Positions 26,967 to 36,777 of a DNA stretch of 64,000 nt are shown here, in pieces. Numbering within the stretch: the first letter of the stretch is position 1; every line of letters begins with the position of its first letter. Under the pieces are notes generated by a model. That model had not been told where the DNA came from and searched no databases. It worked only from the letters and a program-made list of their open reading frames with translations. Source of the DNA: a virus; IMG/VR virus record IMGVR_UViG_3300006931_000001, positions 1 to 64,000 of that record; one strand, 5' to 3'. The position numbers and the translations under genes are program-made.

Positions 26967-28139
26967 ATGCCAGGTCATCACTCAAATAAACAAAAACGTC
27001 AAGCTAAACATATAGCTGCTAGCGAGAAAAAGCGAGGATACTCGGCTAGTGATGCTAAGAGCATAGGTTGGGCTACAGTTAATGCAGCTAAAACTAAGAA
27101 AGGAATGAATGACTCATCTAGTGGTCCAGATGATGTAGGTACCAAACGTTTACCTATAGTGCGCAATACGCCAAAAGGTAAGCCTTTTCGCGGGGTAGAT
27201 AATGCAGAAGCTTCTCAAAATTTGAGAGCTGGAAAGTTTGTTGAAAAGAGCCGTCGCGGTAATGGTGCATACGTAAGTCGATACAAAGATCCGGATGGCG
27301 AGAAAGGATGGAAGCGCGATAAGAAGACAGGTCAATTAGTGCGTGAACATCGCAAAAGTTTAGCTCTAGATGTTGTCACGCCTGATGACTTGCTGAAATC
27401 TGAGCGTCATCTCAAAAAGCTAAAAACTCCAGGATTTAAGCTTCATGGCTCTGGTATTACTGAAGCTACAAATACTGAGAAGAAAACCAAAAAATCTACA
27501 ATTAACAAAGGACATGTTATGAAGAATAATGAAACGCTGGCTGATAGTCTTAATGATCTTTTCAAGAGCGAAGTCGGTGATATGCTGGATAACGATAAGC
27601 CTGTTATCGATTGTCCTCATTGTGATCATCCAATTACCAAGTCCGATGTGTTGGCTAAGGCTGGAAAGAAACGCAATAAAGACACGCCACCACGTAAGGT
27701 GGTTTCTGACAATAAAGGCGGGTCAAATCATCGTGGTCCTGAGACTGGCGCTAATGGTACTACGCCGACACGATACGCTCATGGTGTGCCAAAAGTGGAT
27801 AATGGTGAAAAAATCACCAAGGTTAATAAAGCCGATGCTTCGAGTGACGACGCGAGCAGTGGCGATGATATGAGCAAGTCTGAAGGTAAGTGCCCTAACT
27901 GTTCTACGATGGTTAAGGCAGGTACCTTGTGCAAATGCGGAATGATGATGAAATCTGACGGTACGTTTGAACAATCTCCACCGTCTTTACGCTTTCCGCG
28001 AGTTCACGGTTCGGAGCATGTTCAGTACGTGGACACAGGAGAAGACGCACGTATCGCAAATTTGATTGCGAGCGGAACGTTCGGTCATGCAGTGGTAACG
28101 CAGCCGATCGATAAGAACAACGGTTCGAAGCGTCGTTAA
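26967..28139 (+). CDS. Putative head-associated protein with ChaB-like N-terminus and Zn ribbons
   Basis: KQKRQAKHI...IGWATVN; CPHC and CPNC...CKCG; many K|S/A motifs. Confidence 0.5.
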   Translation: MPGHHSNKQKRQAKHIAASEKKRGYSASDAKSIGWATVNAAKTKKGMNDSSSGPDDVGTKRLPIVRNTPKGKPFRGVDNAEASQNLRAGKFVEKSRRGNGAYVSRYKDPDGEKGWKRDKKTGQLVREHRKSLALDVVTPDDLLKSERHLKKLKTPGFKLHGSGITEATNTEKKTKKSTINKGHVMKNNETLADSLNDLFKSEVGDMLDNDKPVIDCPHCDHPITKSDVLAKAGKKRNKDTPPRKVVSDNKGGSNHRGPETGANGTTPTRYAHGVPKVDNGEKITKVNKADASSDDASSGDDMSKSEGKCPNCSTMVKAGTLCKCGMMMKSDGTFEQSPPSLRFPRVHGSEHVQYVDTGEDARIANLIASGTFGHAVVTQPIDKNNGSKRR

Positions 28140-28161
28140 TAAGTCTCACGATAGGTAAGCG

Positions 28162-31100
28162 ATGAAAAAGATCCTGGAACATGAATTGTTCGGTGATGGA
28201 GTCTCGTATGGCTCTTCATTTTTACTGAAGGCTCAGCTTCGCTTGCCTGTTCGCGAGGCTCGTCTCCCTGCAGCTCAAGATATTATCAACAAGACATCTG
28301 CGATTGTTGATACGAGATATGATAAATTAAACGCAGATTTATTACGCATTATTAAACAAACCAACACTCAGAAATCCGTTGGTCTGTTTGTATTAACAGG
28401 TAGCAAGTCGCAAAATGACTTGTTTAAAGCTGTTAAAAACAATACTAATGTATCGTCTGGCAAGAGTGCTGGAAAAAAACCGCCAGCACAGAATTTGTCT
28501 GGTCAACCTAGAGCTCCTAAAGGCTCTGGCTCTTCTCCTAACTACCAACGTAAGGAGATGGATGCTACACGGGCAGGCTCACGTGGTGGTAAGTGGTACC
28601 TCAATGCTAATGGCAAAGTGGTTTATGGTGTCAAACCGTCTGGATCTAGTGGTGCCAGAGAGTTGACATCTGCAGAAGTACAAACACACCTTAAGCATTA
28701 TAGACCATCACCATTTATGGGCTTGACTGGTGGGGATCAAATCTTAGTTGATTATTTAATGGATCCAGAGAATCAGAAAATTCACGGATTCACGCCGGAT
28801 GATGTGGATTTCTTGCAACAGTGGTATGGAAAGAAGAATAAGAAAACTGGACAGTGGTCTGGTGGTATTCTTTATAATGGATTTGTAGACGCGTTTGGTG
28901 CTGACATAGCTGACAAAGATTTGTCAACGATGCAGTTTAATCAGGAGGAGCTCACAGGAGGTCAGTGGGTATCTTTCCAAGAGGCTGCATTAGCCTACCT
29001 TCGAGCTTGCTTTGAAGATAATGGACATGATTTTGAAGAGGTCAAGCCTCACTTGGATTCGCTGTTTTCTCGTTATGAGAAGATGAAACAGAATCCAAAA
29101 CTACAAGAGGCTTTAGAAGCTGTAGGTCACGCTGTCGAGAAAAAACAATACGAATTTTACACAAAGGCTGCAGATCATCAAGATGATATGAAAAATCTTG
29201 GTGATACGATTACGGCTGGTCCAGATCCACAAGCGCAGGCTCAAGAGGTTGGTGCAGCATTAGCAGCGATGGACTTGTTATTTATTCCATCGAAAGGTGA
29301 AACCAATAAAAAAGCTGGTCTTAAAGGTGTGGTGTCACCTAACGTTGAGTATTTTAAACGGGACACAGCAGAGTTACGGAATCCATTACTGACAGACAAA
29401 TCTCGTCTTGACAGCTTGTCTGTTCCGCAATTGATGGCATTGGTTGTCGGTGCTAATTTGTATGAGACTTGGGATGCTGATGATCGTAAATATCTCACGC
29501 CTACAGGTGGTGAAGGTTATTACAGTGAAAATAATCAGATTAGTGTCGAAGCTTTTAAGCGTATTGCTGCACGTTTGAAGCTTAATGATGCTACATCTAG
29601 GATCATCAAAAAGCAGATTGGTGATGCTACGCTAAATCTAGCTAGTAAACTTAATGAAGCTAATAGTGGCGAAGATCAAATATTTAAAGAGTTTATCCGT
29701 AAGGGTTCCGATATTGTAGCCGACAAGGAGATGGTTGAAGCCATTCAAAAACGTCATGCTGATTGGCTGGAAACAAAAGACGATGCTCTTAGAGCTCAGT
29801 CAGATGATTCCTTCGATGTGCCAGATTCGATGGCTGATGGTGTGCTTGGTGGTTCTCTGCAGAAGACACCACATCCGCATCAATTGATGAAAGACGCAGA
29901 AGGTAATGTCATAGGACCATTTACGCCGTTCCAACATCAACGGCAAGCTGTTAATTGGATGGTCGCAGCAAAGCGTGGAATTCTGGCTCTTGATGCCGGT
30001 ATGGGTAAAACTCCAACTGTCATCATGTTTATGGAACATCTGAAGTCCAAAAATCCTGGTCAGCATAAGCCAGCTATTTTGTTTCTACCGCCATCCTTGA
30101 TGAATCAATGGCCAGATGAGATCGCAGCATACGCACCTAATGCTAAGGATAAGATATTAAATTTATCTGGATTATCACTAGAAGAACGTAAAGCTGCATT
30201 ACAGAGTGACTTGGCCAAGAAAGCTGAATATATTCTCATTTCGACGGGCACACTGAATTCTGGTGAAAAGCCTGAAGAGGACGAGACAGAATCCGAGAAC
30301 GATGACACTGGCGGTACAGATAATGAGCTAACTGAAATGCTCAAGAATCTGGACGGAGCGCTATTTATTGATGAAGTGCATCAAGGTGGTTACAAAACTG
30401 GCGGTAGTATCAGACACAAAATCGCTAGTGAAGTCATAGGTGATCGAGAGCATGCTTTTGGTATGACAGCTACTCCGATGCCTAATGGTCCTATGGATTT
30501 GTTTCATTTGACTAATATGTTTGCGCCTGACTCCGTAGGAACACAAGAGGAATGGGAAGGTAGCCTACATGGTACGCAATATAACGCAGCTACAGACTCT
30601 TGGGAAGTTACTAATCCGCAAGCTCTGACAGAATTACGCACACGTATTCGTCCGTTCGTGATGCATAAATTAATTACTGATCCTGATGTCCAAAAAGACA
30701 TGAAAGGATCCATGCAACCGCTTACAAGTGCGCCTCAGAGTGTACACATTGATGAGAATCATCCAATGTGGAATTACGTGGCGCCTGGCGGTATTATTGA
30801 TCATATGGTGTCTGCTCGCTTGGAAGAGTTGGAGGAAGAGCGAGGCGAGCCTTATAATGATCGAGTTAGACAGAAATTAGCTAACTTACTAGCTGTTAAC
30901 TTTCACAGACTTTGTAATATTTCTCCATCTCTGATTCATCCTGATTACAAAGGACCGTCGCCTAAAATTGATCGACTTGTGAATGATGTAGTGGAGCACT
31001 TCAAAGGTGGAGCCGGAGCACAAGACAAACCGTTGGTAGTCTTTTCATCTTTTCCGCAAAAAGCTTTTCCGCTTTTGCGTAAACGACTTGCAGCCGCTGG

Positions 31101-33129
31101 TATCGATCCATCACTTGTGGGTGAAATCCACGGTGGTAAGAGTGCACGAGAGCGTGCATTTGAACAAGACATGACCAACCAAGGTAAGCGTAAGATTCTT
31201 CTGGTTGGAACCATGTCTGGCGGTGCTGGATTGAATTTACAGAAAAAAGCTAATAAGATGATGTTTCTTGATGAGCCGTGGCATCCGGCCGCAAAGCGTC
31301 AAGCACAAGGTCGTGTGTGGCGTACAGGTCAGAAGAATCCAGTGATGGAGTATAATTATCGTATCTCCATGCCGCAAGGTGTTTCTTGGGATGAAAAGGT
31401 GGCAGAGAAAGTAGGCGGTAAGCAGTCTATGGTTACGGCTATGCTTACTGATGTTGATATTTCAACATTCGATTTTAGTCAAAGTGCTGACAAGGCTATT
31501 GATCAGTTGCTTGGTAGTTCTGCAGAGATTAAGAATATTTCTCGTAAGAAGCAAGTCAAAGTAAAACCAGACGCGCTTAAAATGGCTCAAGCGCTGCAAG
31601 ATTATTATGCAGAAGAATTTCAGAACGTTAATGAAAATAATGATTCTGATATTCCTGATATCAATGAGCCGATGCATAAAGAATCTACAGAATATAAAGA
31701 TTATCATGATACAGCTAAGCAAAAGCAACTTGGTACACAAGCTAAGCATATCAGTGGTGCAATTGATGAAGATACAGAGTGGGCTGACTGGAATCTGAAG
31801 TTTAAGCAGAAAAATGCACGTCAGACATATAAAGTTAGACAGACACTCTTGGAAGCCTATCAGAGCGGTGAAGGCGGCTCTCTTGATAAAATAAAGAGTG
31901 CAGAAGCTAAAGTGCGTACATCAGTGGAGCAATATAGAGCTTGGTATATGCAAGCTGTACAACATGCTGCAACACTCAAAGAGAATAAAGATCCAGGATT
32001 TAAGGATGCAGAAAATGATGCAAAGAAAATGCAAAAAGATTTTCCAGAGGCATTTGAAAAACATCCCTGGGATGACAAGAGTTATAGACCGCCAGAGTCT
32101 GATGAGTCTAAGATCAAGACTCCTGTGAAAAATAAGTCTGAATCAGAAACTTCTTCATATAAGACATTTCTAGCACACGCTATTAATGACTTACACGCAA
32201 ATGAACGTAGTGCCGCGTTACAATATGCCGATGACGGTGCTGATATAAACATCGCACTTCGAGCCGGTGCTCCATTATCGGAGAAATGGCAAAAAACTAT
32301 TCAGCACTTGGATGCCGCTATTTCGCGTACAAAGCTACCCGCCGCTATTTCTGTTGAGCGTGCTGTCGGTAACAAAGGAACTCAACATCTAAAAAAACTA
32401 GATGTCGGCAGTACGTTTTCTAACGAAGGTTACACTTCTAGCTCTGGACGTACAGGTTATGCGCATAGCGGTAAAGATGACATCGTTTTGCATATTACGG
32501 CACCGGCTGGTATACATGCCATCCCTGTTCCAGCTAGACCAGGTAAGTCTGGTAAAGTGATGGCTAATGAAGAACAAGAAATTATTTTTGGGCGTAATCA
32601 GAAATTCAAAGTAACTAAAAAAGAAGTTATAGATCATCCGCAAGTACCCGGTAGCCGACGTACTATTCTTCATGTAGAAGCTGTGAACTCAGAAACGAAA
32701 AAACCTGTTAAAAAAACTGAAGCCAAGCCAGAGCCTAAATCAGAAACTGCTAAGCCTAAATCAGAAGCTGCTAAGCCTAAATCAGAAGCTGCTAAACCCA
32801 CATCTCTAGTTTCAGCATCTGACAAAGATTTAGGTGCAGCTGTACAACAAGCTGCAGATGAGGCTCCGGAAAAACACGGTTACGGAAGTGATTCAGTATT
32901 TATTCACAGAGTCTATGAAAAACTCAAGCCACGTCTGGGTTCTATGACTCTCGAAGAATTCAAGCGCAAACTTATTAAGCTCAACGCTCAAGAGCACGTG
33001 GCTCTATCTAGAGCGGATCTCGTAGATGCTATGGATCCTGATGATGTTGAGCAGTCGCATGTAGAGGATATGGGTGCAGATTTTAACTTTGTTAGTCGTA
33101 CATCTGGACGCGATCCTAAATGGAGGTAA
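28162..33129 (+). CDS. Large polyvalent protein: SNF2-family helicase + VIP2/Alt-like ADP-ribosyltransferase
   Basis: DAGMGKT, FIDEVH, MTATP, GGAGLNLQ, QAQGRVWRTGQ (about 29930-31450); ART residues VERAV, GYTSSS, EQEII (about 32150-32690). Confidence 0.85.
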   Translation: MKKILEHELFGDGVSYGSSFLLKAQLRLPVREARLPAAQDIINKTSAIVDTRYDKLNADLLRIIKQTNTQKSVGLFVLTGSKSQNDLFKAVKNNTNVSSGKSAGKKPPAQNLSGQPRAPKGSGSSPNYQRKEMDATRAGSRGGKWYLNANGKVVYGVKPSGSSGARELTSAEVQTHLKHYRPSPFMGLTGGDQILVDYLMDPENQKIHGFTPDDVDFLQQWYGKKNKKTGQWSGGILYNGFVDAFGADIADKDLSTMQFNQEELTGGQWVSFQEAALAYLRACFEDNGHDFEEVKPHLDSLFSRYEKMKQNPKLQEALEAVGHAVEKKQYEFYTKAADHQDDMKNLGDTITAGPDPQAQAQEVGAALAAMDLLFIPSKGETNKKAGLKGVVSPNVEYFKRDTAELRNPLLTDKSRLDSLSVPQLMALVVGANLYETWDADDRKYLTPTGGEGYYSENNQISVEAFKRIAARLKLNDATSRIIKKQIGDATLNLASKLNEANSGEDQIFKEFIRKGSDIVADKEMVEAIQKRHADWLETKDDALRAQSDDSFDVPDSMADGVLGGSLQKTPHPHQLMKDAEGNVIGPFTPFQHQRQAVNWMVAAKRGILALDAGMGKTPTVIMFMEHLKSKNPGQHKPAILFLPPSLMNQWPDEIAAYAPNAKDKILNLSGLSLEERKAALQSDLAKKAEYILISTGTLNSGEKPEEDETESENDDTGGTDNELTEMLKNLDGALFIDEVHQGGYKTGGSIRHKIASEVIGDREHAFGMTATPMPNGPMDLFHLTNMFAPDSVGTQEEWEGSLHGTQYNAATDSWEVTNPQALTELRTRIRPFVMHKLITDPDVQKDMKGSMQPLTSAPQSVHIDENHPMWNYVAPGGIIDHMVSARLEELEEERGEPYNDRVRQKLANLLAVNFHRLCNISPSLIHPDYKGPSPKIDRLVNDVVEHFKGGAGAQDKPLVVFSSFPQKAFPLLRKRLAAAGIDPSLVGEIHGGKSARERAFEQDMTNQGKRKILLVGTMSGGAGLNLQKKANKMMFLDEPWHPAAKRQAQGRVWRTGQKNPVMEYNYRISMPQGVSWDEKVAEKVGGKQSMVTAMLTDVDISTFDFSQSADKAIDQLLGSSAEIKNISRKKQVKVKPDALKMAQALQDYYAEEFQNVNENNDSDIPDINEPMHKESTEYKDYHDTAKQKQLGTQAKHISGAIDEDTEWADWNLKFKQKNARQTYKVRQTLLEAYQSGEGGSLDKIKSAEAKVRTSVEQYRAWYMQAVQHAATLKENKDPGFKDAENDAKKMQKDFPEAFEKHPWDDKSYRPPESDESKIKTPVKNKSESETSSYKTFLAHAINDLHANERSAALQYADDGADINIALRAGAPLSEKWQKTIQHLDAAISRTKLPAAISVERAVGNKGTQHLKKLDVGSTFSNEGYTSSSGRTGYAHSGKDDIVLHITAPAGIHAIPVPARPGKSGKVMANEEQEIIFGRNQKFKVTKKEVIDHPQVPGSRRTILHVEAVNSETKKPVKKTEAKPEPKSETAKPKSEAAKPKSEAAKPTSLVSASDKDLGAAVQQAADEAPEKHGYGSDSVFIHRVYEKLKPRLGSMTLEEFKRKLIKLNAQEHVALSRADLVDAMDPDDVEQSHVEDMGADFNFVSRTSGRDPKWR
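32731..32793 (+). repeat. 3 x 21-bp tandem repeat encoding a (K/E)PKSE(T/A)A linker
   Basis: aagcctaaatcagaagctgct units between the ART and C-terminal domains. Confidence 0.85.
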
Positions 33130-33132
33130 CTG

Positions 33133-33534
33133 ATGTCTAAAGAGCGTGATGATCATTACATATTCGATTTAGTAGATAACGCTAAATCTAAAACTGGTAA
33201 GTCTCCAAAGGTAACTGCTCCTAGTGACGTATTAAGAATTCCAGATCGCAATGAATTGAAAATGCAACTAGCACACTATGCTGGTCCGTTTATTAAGCAT
33301 CAATTGCCAGATTCAAAATTTGCACGAAAACACTATGTGGAGTATGTGCGACCAGCATTGCGTTATTACTGTCAGAAATTTCAAATAAAGGTACCAGACT
33401 GGCTAAAAGATGAACACTATTTCAAGAACTTACCAGATAAGGAAAAAATGGATTTATTTGGTACTCTTGAAATTAAAGTTAAAGAATTTCGACCACTTCC
33501 TAAGTTTGCAGGTGGGCAAACACACGGTGGTTGA
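33133..33534 (+). CDS. hypothetical protein
   Basis: GGAGG RBS, 133 aa. Confidence 0.6.
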   Translation: MSKERDDHYIFDLVDNAKSKTGKSPKVTAPSDVLRIPDRNELKMQLAHYAGPFIKHQLPDSKFARKHYVEYVRPALRYYCQKFQIKVPDWLKDEHYFKNLPDKEKMDLFGTLEIKVKEFRPLPKFAGGQTHGG

Positions 33535-34451
33535 TTATGCGAATCCTAACTAAATCTCAACGCAACACGGTTCGTTCCGTGATTCGTGATCATCATTTAG
33601 CACTAGTCGCAGAACTCTGCGGACCAGATGCCATAGATGGCAGTGATTTTTCACGTCTTAAAAAGGCAGGAAAGATTGGTGTTACGCCTACATCTGTTGA
33701 TTTAGTAACAGCAGCTCATATATTAGGAACGATGGAGAGTAGCGGAGATTTGATGAATTTGCGTGTTGAGGATTTTTGGAACACTGTAGCCAAAAGTCAC
33801 ACAACAGATGAAACCGTAGAGCTGGCCAAAGAAAAAATAGCAAGTATTGTGCAGAATATGAGTGCTCGTGTAGAGCATACATTTATGCAAGCTGCTAACG
33901 AAGCTGAGGCTTTAGCTCATAAACGGCAAGTGCTGGGTTCTGATTCTTCTAACCGTAAAGTCATTAAAGCACTTGAAAAACGTCTGGAGAAAGCGACAAG
34001 CGATGCAAAACGAGACTGGTTACGTACTGCACATACTGAGGTGCATAATTTAGTTGAAGACGGTAAAGCACTTGCTATAGCTAAATCAAAACCTGGAAGC
34101 GATCCTATTGTATACAAAAAACCAAGACCAGACGCTTGTCCATACTGTCGATTACTATATACCGATGATGACGGAGCGCCGCGTTTATTTCGTTTAAGTT
34201 CATTAATAGCTAACGGCACTAATATTGGTCGTAAAGCTGGTAGACCGTCATTCATTGGCAAGAGTGCCACAGAGTATAAAGCAACACTTGGAGCTATTCA
34301 TCCATGGTGTCGATGTACACTACATCATATTCCGGATGGCGTGCGTCTGAATAGCAAAGGGCAACTTGTTCGAGGCGTAATCAAATCTCAAATTTATAGT
34401 TCATTAGATGATTTACAGGATTTAATAAACCACGAGTGTCCAGATGACTAG
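33531..34451 (+). CDS. MuF/SPP1 gp7-like minor head protein
   Basis: RTAHTE, ACPYC, HPWCRC. Confidence 0.8.
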   Translation: MIMRILTKSQRNTVRSVIRDHHLALVAELCGPDAIDGSDFSRLKKAGKIGVTPTSVDLVTAAHILGTMESSGDLMNLRVEDFWNTVAKSHTTDETVELAKEKIASIVQNMSARVEHTFMQAANEAEALAHKRQVLGSDSSNRKVIKALEKRLEKATSDAKRDWLRTAHTEVHNLVEDGKALAIAKSKPGSDPIVYKKPRPDACPYCRLLYTDDDGAPRLFRLSSLIANGTNIGRKAGRPSFIGKSATEYKATLGAIHPWCRCTLHHIPDGVRLNSKGQLVRGVIKSQIYSSLDDLQDLINHECPDD

Positions 34452-35301
34452 TGCATTTCACAGACTTATTACAACTAATAAGCCTACAAAAGTGCAAGAA
34501 TTATCTGCTGGTAAGAGCGGAGCATTATTAGCCACTTATCGTGGTGGTATTAAAGCTGTACTGAAATTAGCCAAAAAAAGCATGCCATCTGGTAAGAAAA
34601 CACAGCGAGGATTACTAGTTAGATCGCAACCAAACAGAGAAGTAGCATTTTACAGATTGGCTGTTTTGTTAGGCTATGATCATCTCGTACCAGAGACGGT
34701 TTTAACTATTTACAAAGGACATGAAGCTTCTGCACAATTATATGTACCAGCTGCGCCCTTAGCAGCCTTAGAGCCGCAACTGAAAAAATCTGTAGGTGGT
34801 CAGAGTTGGCGAAATCTAGTTGTAAAAACTTGCTCTCTAGTGCCAAAATATTTTTGGAAACAATTATTAGCTTTAGACATAGTAGGCGGTGCACGCGATC
34901 GTCACGCTAATAACATAGGTATAAAGTTACTGATAAAGAGTGATCGTCCGATATATCGTTTGGTGGCTTGGGATAACGCAACGACGTTCGGTGTCACGTT
35001 TGAAAAATATCATAATGTATTTCATAAGCTCTTGTTTAGAAAGAGCGTATTAGATTTTGATGCAGAATGGTTCAAGCTACAGAGCATCTCACGTAGTGAC
35101 ATGTTCACAGCACTGGCATCTTTTTTGGCACCTGAAGAGATAGAACATGCCTATCTCCGTAAACAGTTTTTCTTAGACTATCCTTATCGACTACCTTGGA
35201 AGGTATGTAGCCAGGGTAACGATGACTCCAACGCGTTTCCTGCCTACACCGACTATTTTGTCGGTGCCGACGACAACGCACCCCTTGAACACGCCGCGTA
35301 G
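34444..35301 (+). CDS. PI3/4-kinase/HipA-like atypical kinase
   Basis: AVLK, REVAFYRL...VPETV, DRHANN catalytic loop, WDNA. Confidence 0.75.
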   Translation: MTSAFHRLITTNKPTKVQELSAGKSGALLATYRGGIKAVLKLAKKSMPSGKKTQRGLLVRSQPNREVAFYRLAVLLGYDHLVPETVLTIYKGHEASAQLYVPAAPLAALEPQLKKSVGGQSWRNLVVKTCSLVPKYFWKQLLALDIVGGARDRHANNIGIKLLIKSDRPIYRLVAWDNATTFGVTFEKYHNVFHKLLFRKSVLDFDAEWFKLQSISRSDMFTALASFLAPEEIEHAYLRKQFFLDYPYRLPWKVCSQGNDDSNAFPAYTDYFVGADDNAPLEHAA

Positions 35302-35330
35302 ACGTAGTAAACTCTAGCAAAAGGATATCC

Positions 35331-36023
35331 ATGCGCAGTGATGTTGAAAGACTCCTAGAAGAAGACAGATTCGAAGTTTTCGTTCCCGACACTTTCGAGA
35401 TTCTCGAAAAGGCTGGAAACGAAGATATCGAAGAGACGCGACCTATTGGGGGCTTTTGTTCGACTGAGCATCTTGATCGGCAAGAAGAGGTGGTTGTAGC
35501 CAAAGGTTTAATGTTTGATGACTTCATTAACTTTGGTTACTTTAATGACAACCATCGACAAGATACATCAGCTGTTTTAGGTTATCCTAGAGTAGTTAAA
35601 TTAATTGATAGCAAGTGGTGGACAGAAGGAAACCTAATTAAAGGTTATACTCCAGCTGATAAGGTCTGGGAGTTAGCTAAAGCACTAAAGAAAAGCCGAG
35701 CGCCGCGACGTTTAGGTTTTTCCATCGAAGGTAAAGTGCTCGCTCGTGATGAGAATACACGGCGAATTCTTCGTGCTGCTGTTCGTAACGTAGCGATTAC
35801 AAATTGTCCTGTGAACACAGCATGTACATGGGATATTTTAGCCAAAGCATTCGGTTCGGAAAATGCGGTAGTTGCAGCAAGTAAAGCTGAAAAAGACGTC
35901 GAAATGATTAGAAATGATATGCTTGACGCAAATGCTGCGTATAGCAGAATCAGAAAAATCAGACCTCAGTATAGTAAATCAACTTGTCAACGCATCGTAC
36001 AATTGGCGATGCGGAATTTTTAA
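35331..36023 (+). CDS. Prohead maturation protease
   Basis: GFCSTEHLDRQEE, NDNH, GFSIEG, VAITNCPVN. Confidence 0.88.
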   Translation: MRSDVERLLEEDRFEVFVPDTFEILEKAGNEDIEETRPIGGFCSTEHLDRQEEVVVAKGLMFDDFINFGYFNDNHRQDTSAVLGYPRVVKLIDSKWWTEGNLIKGYTPADKVWELAKALKKSRAPRRLGFSIEGKVLARDENTRRILRAAVRNVAITNCPVNTACTWDILAKAFGSENAVVAASKAEKDVEMIRNDMLDANAAYSRIRKIRPQYSKSTCQRIVQLAMRNF

Positions 36024-36042
36024 CCTGAAAGGAGACTAAATA

Positions 36043-36375
36043 ATGCCTGGTCATGTCGCATCGCCACGTCCCAAACCGTTTCAGAGCCATCAAGATGCAA
36101 ATATTCATCTTGGTGAGGTAACTGTTACAGGTACCGCTACAGTGGATCTTGGAATTAACCATAACAACTTCAAAGTTATTCTGAGTATTCGTGGTGGTCT
36201 TACAAGTCTTGCACCTGCACATATTGTTGCTTGGGATTACGGTACGAAAAAAGGAACGTTTGTAATTACTGTTGGTAAAGCTACCAACGCATCAACTACA
36301 ACGGTCATTGCCGCTACGGCTGCGGTAGTGATTAGCTTCATTGCTTATGAAGAGCCGGTTGTTCCGACTATCTGA
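36043..36375 (+). CDS. Putative capsid decoration/structural protein
   Basis: Strong AAGGAG RBS; beta-rich; in head operon. Confidence 0.5.
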   Translation: MPGHVASPRPKPFQSHQDANIHLGEVTVTGTATVDLGINHNNFKVILSIRGGLTSLAPAHIVAWDYGTKKGTFVITVGKATNASTTTVIAATAAVVISFIAYEEPVVPTI

Positions 36376-36404
36376 TTTAGTTTAATTTTGAAAGGAGAAA
36401 TACA

Positions 36405-36767
36405 ATGGCACTTAAAAATAACTTGATGATTAACTTTGACGGACAGACGCTCTTCAAGGTGATGCAGGCTGGTTCCTTTACGGTTCCTGATTCTGTGAGC
36501 GCACCCTCGCCGTCTGGATCTGTTTCCAGTGGTTACGCTCCAACCACAGCATTTGACGGTCGTCGTGCAGTCGCAGGCGGTATGATTTACGCAGCTTTCA
36601 GCGATGCTGCTGGTACTACATCACTGGATTATCAGGAACACCTAAATCCTGGTGATGTTGTGGCTGTGTCTGCAGCTGGCGCGGCAACCACGGTGTCTAT
36701 TAACAGTGTCGTGAAATTCACGTTTGCATCTACAGCAGTTGCTGGTGTTCTCGGATTTTACAGCTGA
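36405..36767 (+). CDS. Putative capsid decoration/structural protein
   Basis: Strong AAGGAG RBS; Ala/Ser/Thr-rich. Confidence 0.5.
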   Translation: MALKNNLMINFDGQTLFKVMQAGSFTVPDSVSAPSPSGSVSSGYAPTTAFDGRRAVAGGMIYAAFSDAAGTTSLDYQEHLNPGDVVAVSAAGAATTVSINSVVKFTFASTAVAGVLGFYS

Positions 36768-36777
36768 GGTTTAAGGT

